A stretch of 39,975 nt of DNA from an uncultured Candidatus Saccharibacteria bacterium (GTDB lineage Bacteria; Patescibacteriota; Minisyncoccia; Phycocordibacterales; PALSA-1337), in contig CAYGFL010000002.1 in assembly GCA_964349165.1 (NCBI GenBank), forward strand, positions 1 through 39,975. The letters are read 5' to 3'. Both the position numbers and the translations under genes were made by a program. The notes below the pieces were generated by a model, which worked only from the letters and a program-made list of their open reading frames with translations, did not search any database and was not told the DNA's origin. This document shows, piece by piece, positions 27,207 to 35,618 of this stretch (its first letter is position 1; each line of letters opens with the position of its first letter).

Positions 27207-27752
27207 CTAGCGCGGTTGTATACAATAGTAGTATACGCCAGTAGAGTTGTCGCAACGAGCTGCGAGATTACTGCTGGATATTGGAGTTATGACTCCATTA
27301 TCTATATACAAAGGTGCATCTATATCATCAGATAGTCCAGCTGATGCAGTCTCTACCTTGGCTTGTAGGATATAATCTGTCGCATTATTGTTTGATGTAA
27401 GACTGTCATTTACGACATATGCATAGTCATAAGCTACAGGAGGGACTGGTATTTTACTTATAAAGTCAGTTAATTTTATAGTTCCAGACAGACATGTATC
27501 TGTAATATCTGGTATTGATGCAACACCAGATGACTGTTTTTCTTTGGGATACCTCCCACATCTATCATAGAACATTTCAAGTGCTGCTTGCATAGAATTG
27601 ATGTCCGTAATGCGCTTAGAGTCTCGAGCTTTAGCTTTCGATTGAGCGAAGTTGGATGTGACAATAGCAGTGAGTATCGCCATGATGGCGACAGTGACCA
27701 TGAGTTCGATGAGGGTGAAGCCAGTCTTTTTTTGGTCGAATAGATTAAGCAT
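27207..27752 (-). CDS. Type IV pilin / GspG-like pseudopilin
   Basis: KTGFTLIELMVTVAIMAILTAIV...SKAKARDSKRITDINSMQAALEMFYDRCGRYP, ending with the Cys pair ...ARCDNSTGVYYYC. Confidence 0.8.
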   Translation of the reverse strand: MLNLFDQKKTGFTLIELMVTVAIMAILTAIVTSNFAQSKAKARDSKRITDINSMQAALEMFYDRCGRYPKEKQSSGVASIPDITDTCLSGTIKLTDFISKIPVPPVAYDYAYVVNDSLTSNNNATDYILQAKVETASAGLSDDIDAPLYIDNGVITPISSSNLAARCDNSTGVYYYCIQPR

Positions 27753-27774
27753 AGTATGGAATAATTATAACACG

Positions 27775-28350
27775 CTATTGGGAACCCAGACAGTAATAAT
27801 ATGTAGATGATTCATTACAGTCTATGGTGGGAGATGTGGGGGAAAGGTTTGTTATGCTAGATGTATTTCCGTCTATATCTTCATCCAACACCTTATTCTT
27901 TGTTTCAAGTCTAGCACGTAGATAATATACTGACGGGGTCGGGTTAGGTGGAGGAGTTGGTATGGGGCTGGGTGCTGGATCTGCGTTTATCCAATATCTA
28001 TAGTCTCCTGAAGTAGATGGTGATGGCAATTTACTTATAAAAGTCTCTAATGTAACTCCTGTAGGACATCCATTTAATGAATCTTTCAATTTTGGCATAT
28101 GTGTCCAATAGTTTGGAGATTGCTGTACACTTTCTATTGTAGGATACCTTCCACATCTATCAAAAAAGAGTTCTAGTGCAACCTTAAGCTGATTTGCATC
28201 CGATATCCTCTTCGCATCCCTACTTCTCTTTCTCGATTCACTTAGACCAGATAGGATCAACGATGACAAAATAGCTATGATTATGACAGTGACCATTATC
28301 TCGATTAGGGTGAAGGCTTTGGTGTTGTTTTTTCTAGAGAAGATATTCAT
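27775..28350 (-). CDS. Type IV pilin / GspG-like pseudopilin, a paralog of 27207..27752 with a Pro-rich insertion
   Basis: TKAFTLIEIMVTVIIIAILSSL...SRKRSRDAKRISDANQLKVALELFFDRCGRYP, the insert PAPSPIPTPPPNPTPS, and the C-terminal CNESSTYYYC. Confidence 0.8.
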   Translation of the reverse strand: MNIFSRKNNTKAFTLIEIMVTVIIIAILSSLILSGLSESRKRSRDAKRISDANQLKVALELFFDRCGRYPTIESVQQSPNYWTHMPKLKDSLNGCPTGVTLETFISKLPSPSTSGDYRYWINADPAPSPIPTPPPNPTPSVYYLRARLETKNKVLDEDIDGNTSSITNLSPTSPTIDCNESSTYYYCLGSQ

Positions 28351-28393
28351 TATTATTATAAGTGTACCATGTAACTCCCCTTCTCCTCAAAAC

Positions 28394-28426
28394 AAAACCT
28401 CCCCGGGAGGGGGGAGGTTTTGAGAT
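28394..28426 (-). terminator. Strong intrinsic terminator after the major pilin genes; palindromic, so usable on both strands
   Basis: AAAACCTCCCC-(6 nt loop)-GGGGAGGTTTT forms an 11-bp stem and is followed on the minus strand by GTTTTG. It lies about 15 nt downstream of the stop at 28441. Confidence 0.8.
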
Positions 28427-28440
28427 AGGTATGTGATCTA

Positions 28441-28935
28441 TTAGCTACAAGTGATCCATCCAGATACCATAATAGATGGTTCTATTTCTTTTGATGCTCC
28501 CTTATAATCCACACACCAGAAATTTCCTGGTGCTAATGAGGGATTTTTCATTGGGGCTGCGGCTGCCCAGCCAACATTGGTGTCGTGACATGCTGCTGTA
28601 GTGCCAGACGGTACTACAGTATCTCCAACAGTATAAGTACCTCCGGTAGCTTGAGCGGCCGCAGTAATACCGTCACCTATAACATTGGTACCAGTAATCG
28701 CACATACACCTTCATAAGTTGATCCGATTTCATAGAATATCTCTGCTTCTGCACGTTGATTAGCTAAATTTGATTTAACCGCTGCATCCACCCCCTTTGT
28801 TCGCGCCGTATTCAAACTCGCCAATACCACCGATGACAATATTCCAATAATAGCAATAACCACAAGCAACTCGATAAGTGTGAATCCCTTACTTGCAGGG
28901 ATGTCGGACAATATACTTTTTTTATTTTTATTCAT
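28441..28935 (-). CDS. Major type IV pilin, copy A
   Basis: SKGFTLIELLVVIAIIGILSSVVLASLNTARTKG, a C-terminal Cys pair (FWCVDYKG...WITCS), and a strong terminator immediately downstream. Confidence 0.85.
   Translation of the reverse strand: MNKNKKSILSDIPASKGFTLIELLVVIAIIGILSSVVLASLNTARTKGVDAAVKSNLANQRAEAEIFYEIGSTYEGVCAITGTNVIGDGITAAAQATGGTYTVGDTVVPSGTTAACHDTNVGWAAAAPMKNPSLAPGNFWCVDYKGASKEIEPSIMVSGWITCS
28621..28851. repeat. 231-nt perfect direct repeat, copy 1 (inside pilin A)
   Basis: Base-by-base comparison shows it is identical to 29118..29348. After one mismatch, 14 further identical nt follow. Confidence 0.95.
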
Positions 28936-28949
28936 ACTAAACTAAATAA

Positions 28950-29408
28950 TTAGTCACATGCTATATCAGCGTTAGTATCAAGAGCAGTAAGAGCGACTTG
29001 TTTTGAAGCCCCGGTTGAATCTACACACCAAGCAGAAACATTTTTCATTGGAGCTACTGCTGCCCAGCCAGCAGATGTGTCATGACAAACGGCTACATTA
29101 GAGGCAGCATTTGTATCATCTCCAACAGTATAAGTACCTCCGGTAGCTTGAGCGGCCGCAGTAATACCGTCACCTATAACATTGGTACCAGTAATCGCAC
29201 ATACACCTTCATAAGTTGATCCGATTTCATAGAATATCTCTGCTTCTGCACGTTGATTAGCTAAATTTGATTTAACCGCTGCATCCACCCCCTTTGTTCG
29301 CGCCGTATTCAAACTCGCCAATACCACCGATGACAATATTCCAATAATCGCAATAACCACAAGAAGTTCTATCAATGTGAATCCTTTTTGTAAATATGTT
29401 TTCTTCAT
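28950..29408 (-). CDS. Major type IV pilin, copy B
   Basis: QKGFTLIELLVVIAIIGILSSVVLASLNTARTKG. About 88 aa are identical to copy A and the C-terminal region diverges (AWCVDSTG...ADIACD). It is the first gene after the promoter at ~29460. Confidence 0.85.
   Translation of the reverse strand: MKKTYLQKGFTLIELLVVIAIIGILSSVVLASLNTARTKGVDAAVKSNLANQRAEAEIFYEIGSTYEGVCAITGTNVIGDGITAAAQATGGTYTVGDDTNAASNVAVCHDTSAGWAAVAPMKNVSAWCVDSTGASKQVALTALDTNADIACD
29118..29348. repeat. 231-nt perfect direct repeat, copy 2 (inside pilin B)
   Basis: Identical to 28621..28851. The flanks diverge abruptly on the C-terminal-coding side and carry only synonymous changes on the N-terminal-coding side. Confidence 0.95.
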
Positions 29409-29458
29409 ACGAATAAATTAACTTAATAAAAACAATTAATAATTAAACTTATAGACGT

Positions 29459-29469
29459 TATTATAGCAA
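29459..29469 (-). promoter_or_regulatory. Extended -10 promoter (TGCTATAAT) of the major pilin transcription unit
   Basis: The minus strand reads GGGATTTGCTATAATAACG, about 50 nt upstream of the pilin B ATG. The -35 position reads CCACCT, which is a poor match. Confidence 0.5.
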
Positions 29470-29486
29470 ATCCCTAGGAAATAGGT

Positions 29487-29522
29487 GGTGGATAACTTTG
29501 TGGATAACTTGGGGAATAACTC
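29487..29522 (-). promoter_or_regulatory. Three tandem 12-bp direct repeats containing DnaA-box-like 9-mers (putative operator/activator site)
   Basis: The minus strand reads GAGTTATTCCCC / AAGTTATCCACA / AAGTTATCCACC. The middle unit contains a perfect TTATCCACA and the proximal unit TTATCCACC. The proximal unit abuts or overlaps the -35 position. Confidence 0.5.
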
Positions 29523-30730
29523 TACTGACTCGAAGCTATATTATAGATAGGTATCAGCACTGAAGCGAGCAATACCGCCACTCCTAGTCCCAACAACACT
29601 ATCATCGCTGGCTCTATGATATCCACCACTGCATCCACCGCCACCTTAACCTCGCGAGCATAGAACGAAGCTAGAGTCTTCAAGATATTACCGAGCTCTC
29701 CTGTCTCTTCCCCCACTTTCATCATCTGGATCATGATACCTGGTATCTCGCCATTACCAGAGAGGGCCTCTGATAGAGCTTTACCCGCCTTCACATCATC
29801 TACGGCTTTTACAATAATTGCATTGTATATACTGTTATTAATCACTGAAGAAGTGAGCTCTAGAGCGCGGATCATAGGGATACCAGATATGAGCATGGTA
29901 TTCATATTGTCGGCTATGCGAGAGAGGTAGAGCTTGCGAAATAGGGTGCTGATGTATGGAATGCTCAATTTGAACTGATCGAATACCACACGACCACTAG
30001 GCGTACGTATATATTTGACTAATAGGAATCCTCCGACGATGACCACACCGAGCATGATGAATCCGTAACTTACGAAGAAATTGCTGATACCGAGCACAAT
30101 CTTCGTATATATCGGCACTTCTTGACCAGAGTCGACGAGTATAGCGCTGATCTTCGGTATGACCATGGTGAACATGAGCACCATAACAGTAACGAAAGTC
30201 ATGATAACAAAAGATGGGTAAATGAGGGCTCCACGGGCTTTCGTGACGAGCTCATAAGTGCGATCGAGATAATCTGCGAGATAGTTGAAAGTTTCGTCTA
30301 GCTTTCCAGATTCTTCACCAGACTTGACCATGTTCACATAGAATTCCGAGAAGACTTTCGGATGTTTCGCGAGAGAAGCGGAGATGGTGCTACCACTCTG
30401 TAGATCATTTGCGATCTCTGCGAGCTGGCGACCTAGGACCTTGTTCTCTGCTTCGTCTGAAAGGAGGCGGAATATTCGTAGAGCGGAGACTTGAGCTTGG
30501 AAAAGTGTGGCGAGCTGACGAGAGAGGATGACGACGTCCTTGTTCGATACTCGATCTAGAAAAGAAATATTTATATTTAAAATGGACTTGCCTTCATGCT
30601 CCTCGTGGATAGATGTGATGACGAATCCTCGTCTCTGTAAAGATGTGATCGCCACGTCTACATTGACAGCATCTATAGAGCCGTTCTTCTGCGCACCTGT
30701 GTTGTCGACTGCTTGATAGTTAAAAAGCAT
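29522..30730 (-). CDS. pilC: Type IV pilus platform protein PilC (GspF family)
   Basis: 402 aa with two T2SSF repeats (LATLFQAQVSALRIFRLL.. / MLISGIPMIRALELT..) and 3 TM segments. Confidence 0.9.
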   Translation of the reverse strand: MLFNYQAVDNTGAQKNGSIDAVNVDVAITSLQRRGFVITSIHEEHEGKSILNINISFLDRVSNKDVVILSRQLATLFQAQVSALRIFRLLSDEAENKVLGRQLAEIANDLQSGSTISASLAKHPKVFSEFYVNMVKSGEESGKLDETFNYLADYLDRTYELVTKARGALIYPSFVIMTFVTVMVLMFTMVIPKISAILVDSGQEVPIYTKIVLGISNFFVSYGFIMLGVVIVGGFLLVKYIRTPSGRVVFDQFKLSIPYISTLFRKLYLSRIADNMNTMLISGIPMIRALELTSSVINNSIYNAIIVKAVDDVKAGKALSEALSGNGEIPGIMIQMMKVGEETGELGNILKTLASFYAREVKVAVDAVVDIIEPAMIVLLGLGVAVLLASVLIPIYNIASSQ

Positions 30731-30736
30731 ATTGTT

Positions 30737-31795
30737 TTATATCATGCGCTCCAAGTTCTTCGGATGGAGAGAGTGGAGATACGCATTTTCCACTGTTATC
30801 TCCCCCGCCCTCACGAGTTCGGCTAGTGAGCGGTTCAGATCTATCATACCATCTACAGAGCTAGTTTCAATAACAGTATTGACTTCATGCACACGTTTTT
30901 CACGTATGAGATTCGACACCGCGCTGTTGTTGATAAGGAGTTCATAAGCAGGTATAAGTCCGCCAGATATACGAGGGATGAGACGTTGAGAAAATATACC
31001 TGTGAGACTAGAGGCGAGCTGTAGACGTATCTGATCCTGTTGTCCTGGTGGAAAAGAGTCTAATATGCGGTCGATAGTCTGTGAAGCATTGTTGGTATGA
31101 AGTGTGGATAATACTAGGTGTCCAGTCTCGGCGGCAGTCACAGCTGTAGCTATAGTATTCGAATCACGCATTTCTCCTAGTAGACAAACGTTGATATCCT
31201 CACGGAACATCGAGATGAGTGCGCTGGTAAAATCTGGAGTATCTATACCGACCTCTCTCTGATCGATGATAGACTTCTTGGAATCATAAACGAACTCTAT
31301 AGGGTCCTCGATAGTCATGATATGCGCGGCACGAGTCTGATTTATTATCTCCACCATTGTAGCGAGAGTTGTCGTTTTGCCCTGACCTATAGGACCTACG
31401 CAGAGGAAGAATCCTTGCTCTTTTCTTGCAAAAGTCTCAAGTATTGGAGGAAGATTCAGCTCTGCGAGAGTACGTATATCCTTCGGAATAAGTCGTAGAG
31501 CTATGGAGATGCCACCATGTCGATAGAAGGCGTTGCCTCGGAAACGAGCGGTGCTCAATCCGTATGAAAAGTCCACCTCTTTATCTCTCTCGAAATCCGC
31601 CGCATTCTTTTCTGATAGAAATTCTTTCAAAAATCCTTGTATATCGAGCTTCGTCAATACTGATTTCTTTACTAGAGGTATGAGGATGCCGAGCACTCTA
31701 ACCGCAGGAGTACGGCCTTCGGCAAGATGTAGGTCAGAAGCGTTTTCTTTTATAACCAGTGATACGAGATCTTCGATTTCTTTTTTATAGTCCAT
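30737..31795 (-). CDS. pilT: Type IV pilus retraction ATPase PilT
   Basis: ASDLHL, Walker A GPIGQGKTTTLATM, AHIMTIEDPIEFVY, LLGEMRD and TGHLVLSTLHTN. The ~350 aa length is typical of PilT. Confidence 0.88.
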   Translation of the reverse strand: MDYKKEIEDLVSLVIKENASDLHLAEGRTPAVRVLGILIPLVKKSVLTKLDIQGFLKEFLSEKNAADFERDKEVDFSYGLSTARFRGNAFYRHGGISIALRLIPKDIRTLAELNLPPILETFARKEQGFFLCVGPIGQGKTTTLATMVEIINQTRAAHIMTIEDPIEFVYDSKKSIIDQREVGIDTPDFTSALISMFREDINVCLLGEMRDSNTIATAVTAAETGHLVLSTLHTNNASQTIDRILDSFPPGQQDQIRLQLASSLTGIFSQRLIPRISGGLIPAYELLINNSAVSNLIREKRVHEVNTVIETSSVDGMIDLNRSLAELVRAGEITVENAYLHSLHPKNLERMI

Positions 31796-31825
31796 ATTAT
31801 TTAAAAAAATTACTTATACTTTTAT

Positions 31826-32218
31826 TTATACTTTTTTTGACTCCGTATATATCCTCTGAACTTCCGATAAAACTTCCGAAGGAATCGTGGTAGCCTTGAT
31901 TATGTATCCATCGACATTGAGCTTTTTTGCTCTAGCGATGTCGTCTGGCAGACCTTGATTCGTGAGCATTATGACCACAGCTTTCTTTATCAACTCCTCC
32001 TTTCTCAATATCCCGAGGAACTCCACACCATCCATGCCAGGCATGACAACATCTATGAGGAGGATATCTGGGATGAAGCCACCGCGGATAATCTTCAAAG
32101 CATCCTCTGAACCCTGGGCAGTATTGACCTCGAAACCGTTCTTCGAAAATTTTAGTGCATACATCTCGAGGAGAAACTTGTCATCATCTACAAATAGTAT
32201 TTTTTTGGTGCCTTCCAT
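31826..32218 (-). CDS. Stand-alone response-regulator receiver domain (CheY/PilH-like)
   Basis: KILFVDDDKFLLEMY, phospho-acceptor context ILLIDVVMPGMDG, and VIMLTNQG...KATT (conserved T and K). Confidence 0.85.
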   Translation of the reverse strand: MEGTKKILFVDDDKFLLEMYALKFSKNGFEVNTAQGSEDALKIIRGGFIPDILLIDVVMPGMDGVEFLGILRKEELIKKAVVIMLTNQGLPDDIARAKKLNVDGYIIKATTIPSEVLSEVQRIYTESKKV

Positions 32219-32235
32219 GTCGATATTATATCACA

Positions 32236-33963
32236 CTAGAGCTTGTTAACTTCTTCGAATGGTATGACTTTCTGGAATGCTTTTATCATGGCATCTTCTT
32301 TCATCGTGAGCATTCCCTTTTGTCGTAGAAGTTTGCTCAAGTCGAGCTCTGTAGGACTCTTCAGAATAACAGACTCGATCTCTTTATCCATTTTAAAGGC
32401 TTCGAAGACTGCCATACGACCTCGGATACCCTTCGGACATTCTGGCGAAGGCTCGATCTGATATACAGTGTCGGAAAATGGGATATCTTTTTTAAATTGC
32501 GGAGGAAGATCCGAGAATTCTTTATCTATCATGATTTTTATACTTCCATCGACTGGTAATGGCTTGCCTGTGCCAGGACATAGCATACCGACGAGACGTT
32601 GTGCCATGCCGAGGATGAGTGTCGGAGCGATGAGGTAAGGGTCGACACCCATGTCGATGAGGCGAGGGATGACTCCTGCGGCACTGTTCGTGTGGAGTGT
32701 AGAGAACACGAGGTGACCTGTGAGCGCTGCTTGCACGGCGAGCGCCGCCGTCTCCTTGTCTCGGATCTCACCCACCATTATCACATCTGGGTCCTGACGA
32801 AGTGTCGTGCGAAGTCCAGAGGCGAAAGTATAGCCGATCTCTGGATGCACTTGTGATTGACTGACACCTTCCATGTTGTACTCGATAGGGTCTTCGAGAG
32901 AGAGCACGTTCGAACCTTCTTTATCTATCTCATTTAACATCGAGTAAAGTGTCGTAGACTTTCCAGATCCTGTAGGACCGGTGATGAGGATGAGTCCGTA
33001 TGGTCGCTGTATCGCCTCTTTTATGAGTGCGAGATTCTGTGGGGTCAGTCCTAGTTGATCTAGTTTCTTCACCCCTTTTTCTTGATCGAGGATACGCATC
33101 ACGATCTTCTCACCGTAGTATGTTGGGAAAGTGGATACACGGAAATCGATCTTTCTACCATCGATGCGAGCAGAAAAGCGTCCGTCCTGAGGTTTGCGAC
33201 GCTCATCGAGCTTCATATTCGAAAGTACTTTGATACGCGCCACTACGGCACTGTGCACTTGTGGTGGTAGCTCGAGACTAGTGTTCAAGACTCCATCTAC
33301 ACGGAAACGCACACGGACTTTCTCATGAAGATGCTCGATGTGAACGTCTGATGCATTACCTTCTGTGGCATAGCGCACAATAGTCGCCACTATTTTTACA
33401 ACTGGCGCGTCTTCGATGATGAACGCTTCAGATTTTGGATCTTTTGGATCTCCACCTTCCTTTTTTTGCAGCTCTGCCGCGCTAGTGATATCTACAGAGA
33501 GCTCACTTTCTAGCTCGGAGAGTGCTTTGGAAACTTCTCCAGAAATACCTTTATACGATTCTATGACCTTATTATAGTCTTCGATACTTATGATGAAAAT
33601 CTTATAAGGAATATTTTTCTTCGCAGCGATAAAGCTTAGGGCATCTCGCGCTTCTATATTGTCTGGATCTACTATACCGACTTCGAGGACTCCGTCTTTG
33701 AAGCCTAGTGGTACGAATTTGTAGTGAGCTGCAGATTCCTCTGGGATATAGTCTAGGACTTCATATGGCACTGTGGTCTCACCGAGATTCCTGGTTGGAA
33801 TATTGAGAAACTCTCCTCTCGCGACGAGGATATCTTCCATCTTTACTCCACGTTCCATAAGGACTTGATCCAGAGGATCACCCTTCGAAGTGCGTAGCTT
33901 CACTTCTTTTATATCGTCTTTTGATAGAAGATTTTTTTTAACAAGTATATCTATGACGCTCAT
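32236..33963 (-). CDS. pilB: Type IV pilus assembly ATPase PilB (GspE family)
   Basis: N-terminal GSPII domain, Walker A GPTGSGKSTTLYSM, VGEIRD, TGHLVFSTLHTN and a C-terminal Cys cluster region. Confidence 0.9.
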   Translation of the reverse strand: MSVIDILVKKNLLSKDDIKEVKLRTSKGDPLDQVLMERGVKMEDILVARGEFLNIPTRNLGETTVPYEVLDYIPEESAAHYKFVPLGFKDGVLEVGIVDPDNIEARDALSFIAAKKNIPYKIFIISIEDYNKVIESYKGISGEVSKALSELESELSVDITSAAELQKKEGGDPKDPKSEAFIIEDAPVVKIVATIVRYATEGNASDVHIEHLHEKVRVRFRVDGVLNTSLELPPQVHSAVVARIKVLSNMKLDERRKPQDGRFSARIDGRKIDFRVSTFPTYYGEKIVMRILDQEKGVKKLDQLGLTPQNLALIKEAIQRPYGLILITGPTGSGKSTTLYSMLNEIDKEGSNVLSLEDPIEYNMEGVSQSQVHPEIGYTFASGLRTTLRQDPDVIMVGEIRDKETAALAVQAALTGHLVFSTLHTNSAAGVIPRLIDMGVDPYLIAPTLILGMAQRLVGMLCPGTGKPLPVDGSIKIMIDKEFSDLPPQFKKDIPFSDTVYQIEPSPECPKGIRGRMAVFEAFKMDKEIESVILKSPTELDLSKLLRQKGMLTMKEDAMIKAFQKVIPFEEVNKL

Positions 33964-33990
33964 ACAGAAAAAATATTAAGAAACGTGCAC

Positions 33991-34290
33991 TCAATTCTGA
34001 AATGGATTTTCTTTTCCGACATTCTGGGGCAAGACTTCGACAGTATGGTCGACGAGAGATTGGTATATCGGGGAATTGAAAAAATCCTTGTCGATCTTGA
34101 GTGAATTTATTTGATTTAGCAGAGTGAGAACCTTGGTCGCGGCGAGGTTCGCCTCGCTAGTCGTAGGATCACTGACTTCTACGAGACTAGCGTCATCTGT
34201 CGGTGTACCAGAGAAGTAGAAATATACGAGTCCTAGGACTATGACGACTGCGACTATTATTAGAATGTTTTTTGAAGATGATTTTTGCAT
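33991..34290 (-). CDS. Small membrane-anchored pilus-locus protein, hypothetical
   Basis: 99 aa with an N-terminal TM (ILIIVAVVIVLGLVYFYF). It sits between pilO and pilB. Confidence 0.5.
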   Translation of the reverse strand: MQKSSSKNILIIVAVVIVLGLVYFYFSGTPTDDASLVEVSDPTTSEANLAATKVLTLLNQINSLKIDKDFFNSPIYQSLVDHTVEVLPQNVGKENPFQN

Positions 34291-34302
34291 ACTATTTTTA
34301 TA

Positions 34303-34884
34303 TTATTGTTTCAACCAGTATGTTTTTAACTCTATTGAAAAATCATACACTCCACCCTCTCCTGCAGTGACAGTAAGCTTGGAGATATCCATGATACGCA
34401 GACTTCCCTCTAGCTCTCGGAGGAAAGCTAGGAATGTGTCGTAAGATGATGTGACGGAAAACGAGACTGTGACTACTCCATACTTTGCCCCACTTCCAGC
34501 CACTTGCTCTCCAGCATCAACTTTTGTATTTATGGTCTTCGAAGTCTGTGGTTGTACTTCGGGAGAGCTGGTCTTGATATTCTTGAGAGAGAGACCGTGG
34601 CGCGCCGCGATGTCGTCCTTCAAGTCGATGATGAGACGAACATTGTCGACATTGTCTGGCACGAGCTTATTCAATTTTTCTTTATCTTCTACAGAGATCT
34701 CGTTATATGCCTGAAGAACAGAATCTCTGACCTTTATCAATTTGACAGAGTTATCGATCGCCTCGCTGTATTGAGCATTGACGACACGTATCTCTCTTAT
34801 CTCAGCCATCTTGGCTTGTGTAAAAGTGAAGTATATGCCGATGGCTAGGACTATGAGTATTAGAGCTGTGAAGTTTTTGTTCAT
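34303..34884 (-). CDS. pilO: PilO-like pilus assembly protein
   Basis: An N-terminal TM, a coiled-coil and then a ferredoxin-like C-domain (YDTFLAFLRELEGSLRIMDISKLTV). Its position after pilM-pilN fits. Confidence 0.6.
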   Translation of the reverse strand: MNKNFTALILIVLAIGIYFTFTQAKMAEIREIRVVNAQYSEAIDNSVKLIKVRDSVLQAYNEISVEDKEKLNKLVPDNVDNVRLIIDLKDDIAARHGLSLKNIKTSSPEVQPQTSKTINTKVDAGEQVAGSGAKYGVVTVSFSVTSSYDTFLAFLRELEGSLRIMDISKLTVTAGEGGVYDFSIELKTYWLKQ

Positions 34885-34890
34885 ATTTTT

Positions 34891-35559
34891 TTAATTTTCA
34901 GGCGCTAGGACTTCTTCTTGTGGCGCGACTTCGCCAGAGAGACCTTTTTCATAGGAAATATCTGGTAGAGTAAGCTCTGCAGAAAAATTGAAACCGACAT
35001 TGCCGTTCGCATCGACTGCGAGATCAGAGAGTATTGGATTCTTTATGACTTTATTCGTGCCGTATTGTTGAGATTTACCGAGAACATCGGATTGGAAAGC
35101 CACTGTATTGAAACTGTTGGCAATACCTTTCATATTTATCTTGAAAGTCTGTGTATCCGAGTTAGCATTCGATGAGAAGTCGGGAGCGCTGAAGCTGAAA
35201 CTGGTGAAACGTACTCTCTCGGCTGTGAGGCCTCCTATTATCTTGAAGGTTTCAGAAACAGCTACGTGATTTTTCAAGAGATGTGTCGCAAGATCTATTT
35301 TTATATTTGCCTTTTTCAATTCTTCGATGAGAGGGACATTGAAACGCTTTTCACTCTCGGCTAGAGCTATTTTCGACTGTTCCTGAGCGCGTATGAGTAG
35401 AGTCTTCGCTACAAACATGAAAGCAGCTCCACTGATAGAGGCGATGAAGAGGATCGTAGCGAAAACCATGAAAAAACTATTACCCGAATGAGAGTGTGCA
35501 TTCTCTACAGGTATGAAAGATTTTTTGGGTATGAAAGATGTTTGGAACTTTGTCTCCAT
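34891..35559 (-). CDS. pilN: PilN-like pilus assembly protein
   Basis: A short cytoplasmic N-terminus, a single TM (FFMVFATILFIASISGAAFMFV) and a coiled-coil. It lies immediately downstream of pilM. Confidence 0.5.
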   Translation of the reverse strand: METKFQTSFIPKKSFIPVENAHSHSGNSFFMVFATILFIASISGAAFMFVAKTLLIRAQEQSKIALAESEKRFNVPLIEELKKANIKIDLATHLLKNHVAVSETFKIIGGLTAERVRFTSFSFSAPDFSSNANSDTQTFKINMKGIANSFNTVAFQSDVLGKSQQYGTNKVIKNPILSDLAVDANGNVGFNFSAELTLPDISYEKGLSGEVAPQEEVLAPEN

Positions 35560-35618
35560 TTTCTCTTATATTATACAAGAAGAACGGTGAGAAGGCACGA
35601 TGAAATATGTGTATATCT

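Noticed and set aside
28441-29408. Diversity-generating retroelement (template/variable repeat pair) acting on the pilin genes
   Set aside because: There is no reverse transcriptase or accessory gene anywhere in the window. The repeat is the conserved N-terminal core rather than the variable part. Differences between the copies are not adenine-specific.
29409-29522. Chromosomal replication origin (perfect DnaA box TTATCCACA plus an adjacent very AT-rich stretch)
   Set aside because: There are only two good boxes, both in the same orientation. There is no dnaA/dnaN nearby. Genes on both sides are on the same (minus) strand, with no orientation switch. The site sits exactly at a promoter, so it is interpreted as a transcriptional operator instead.
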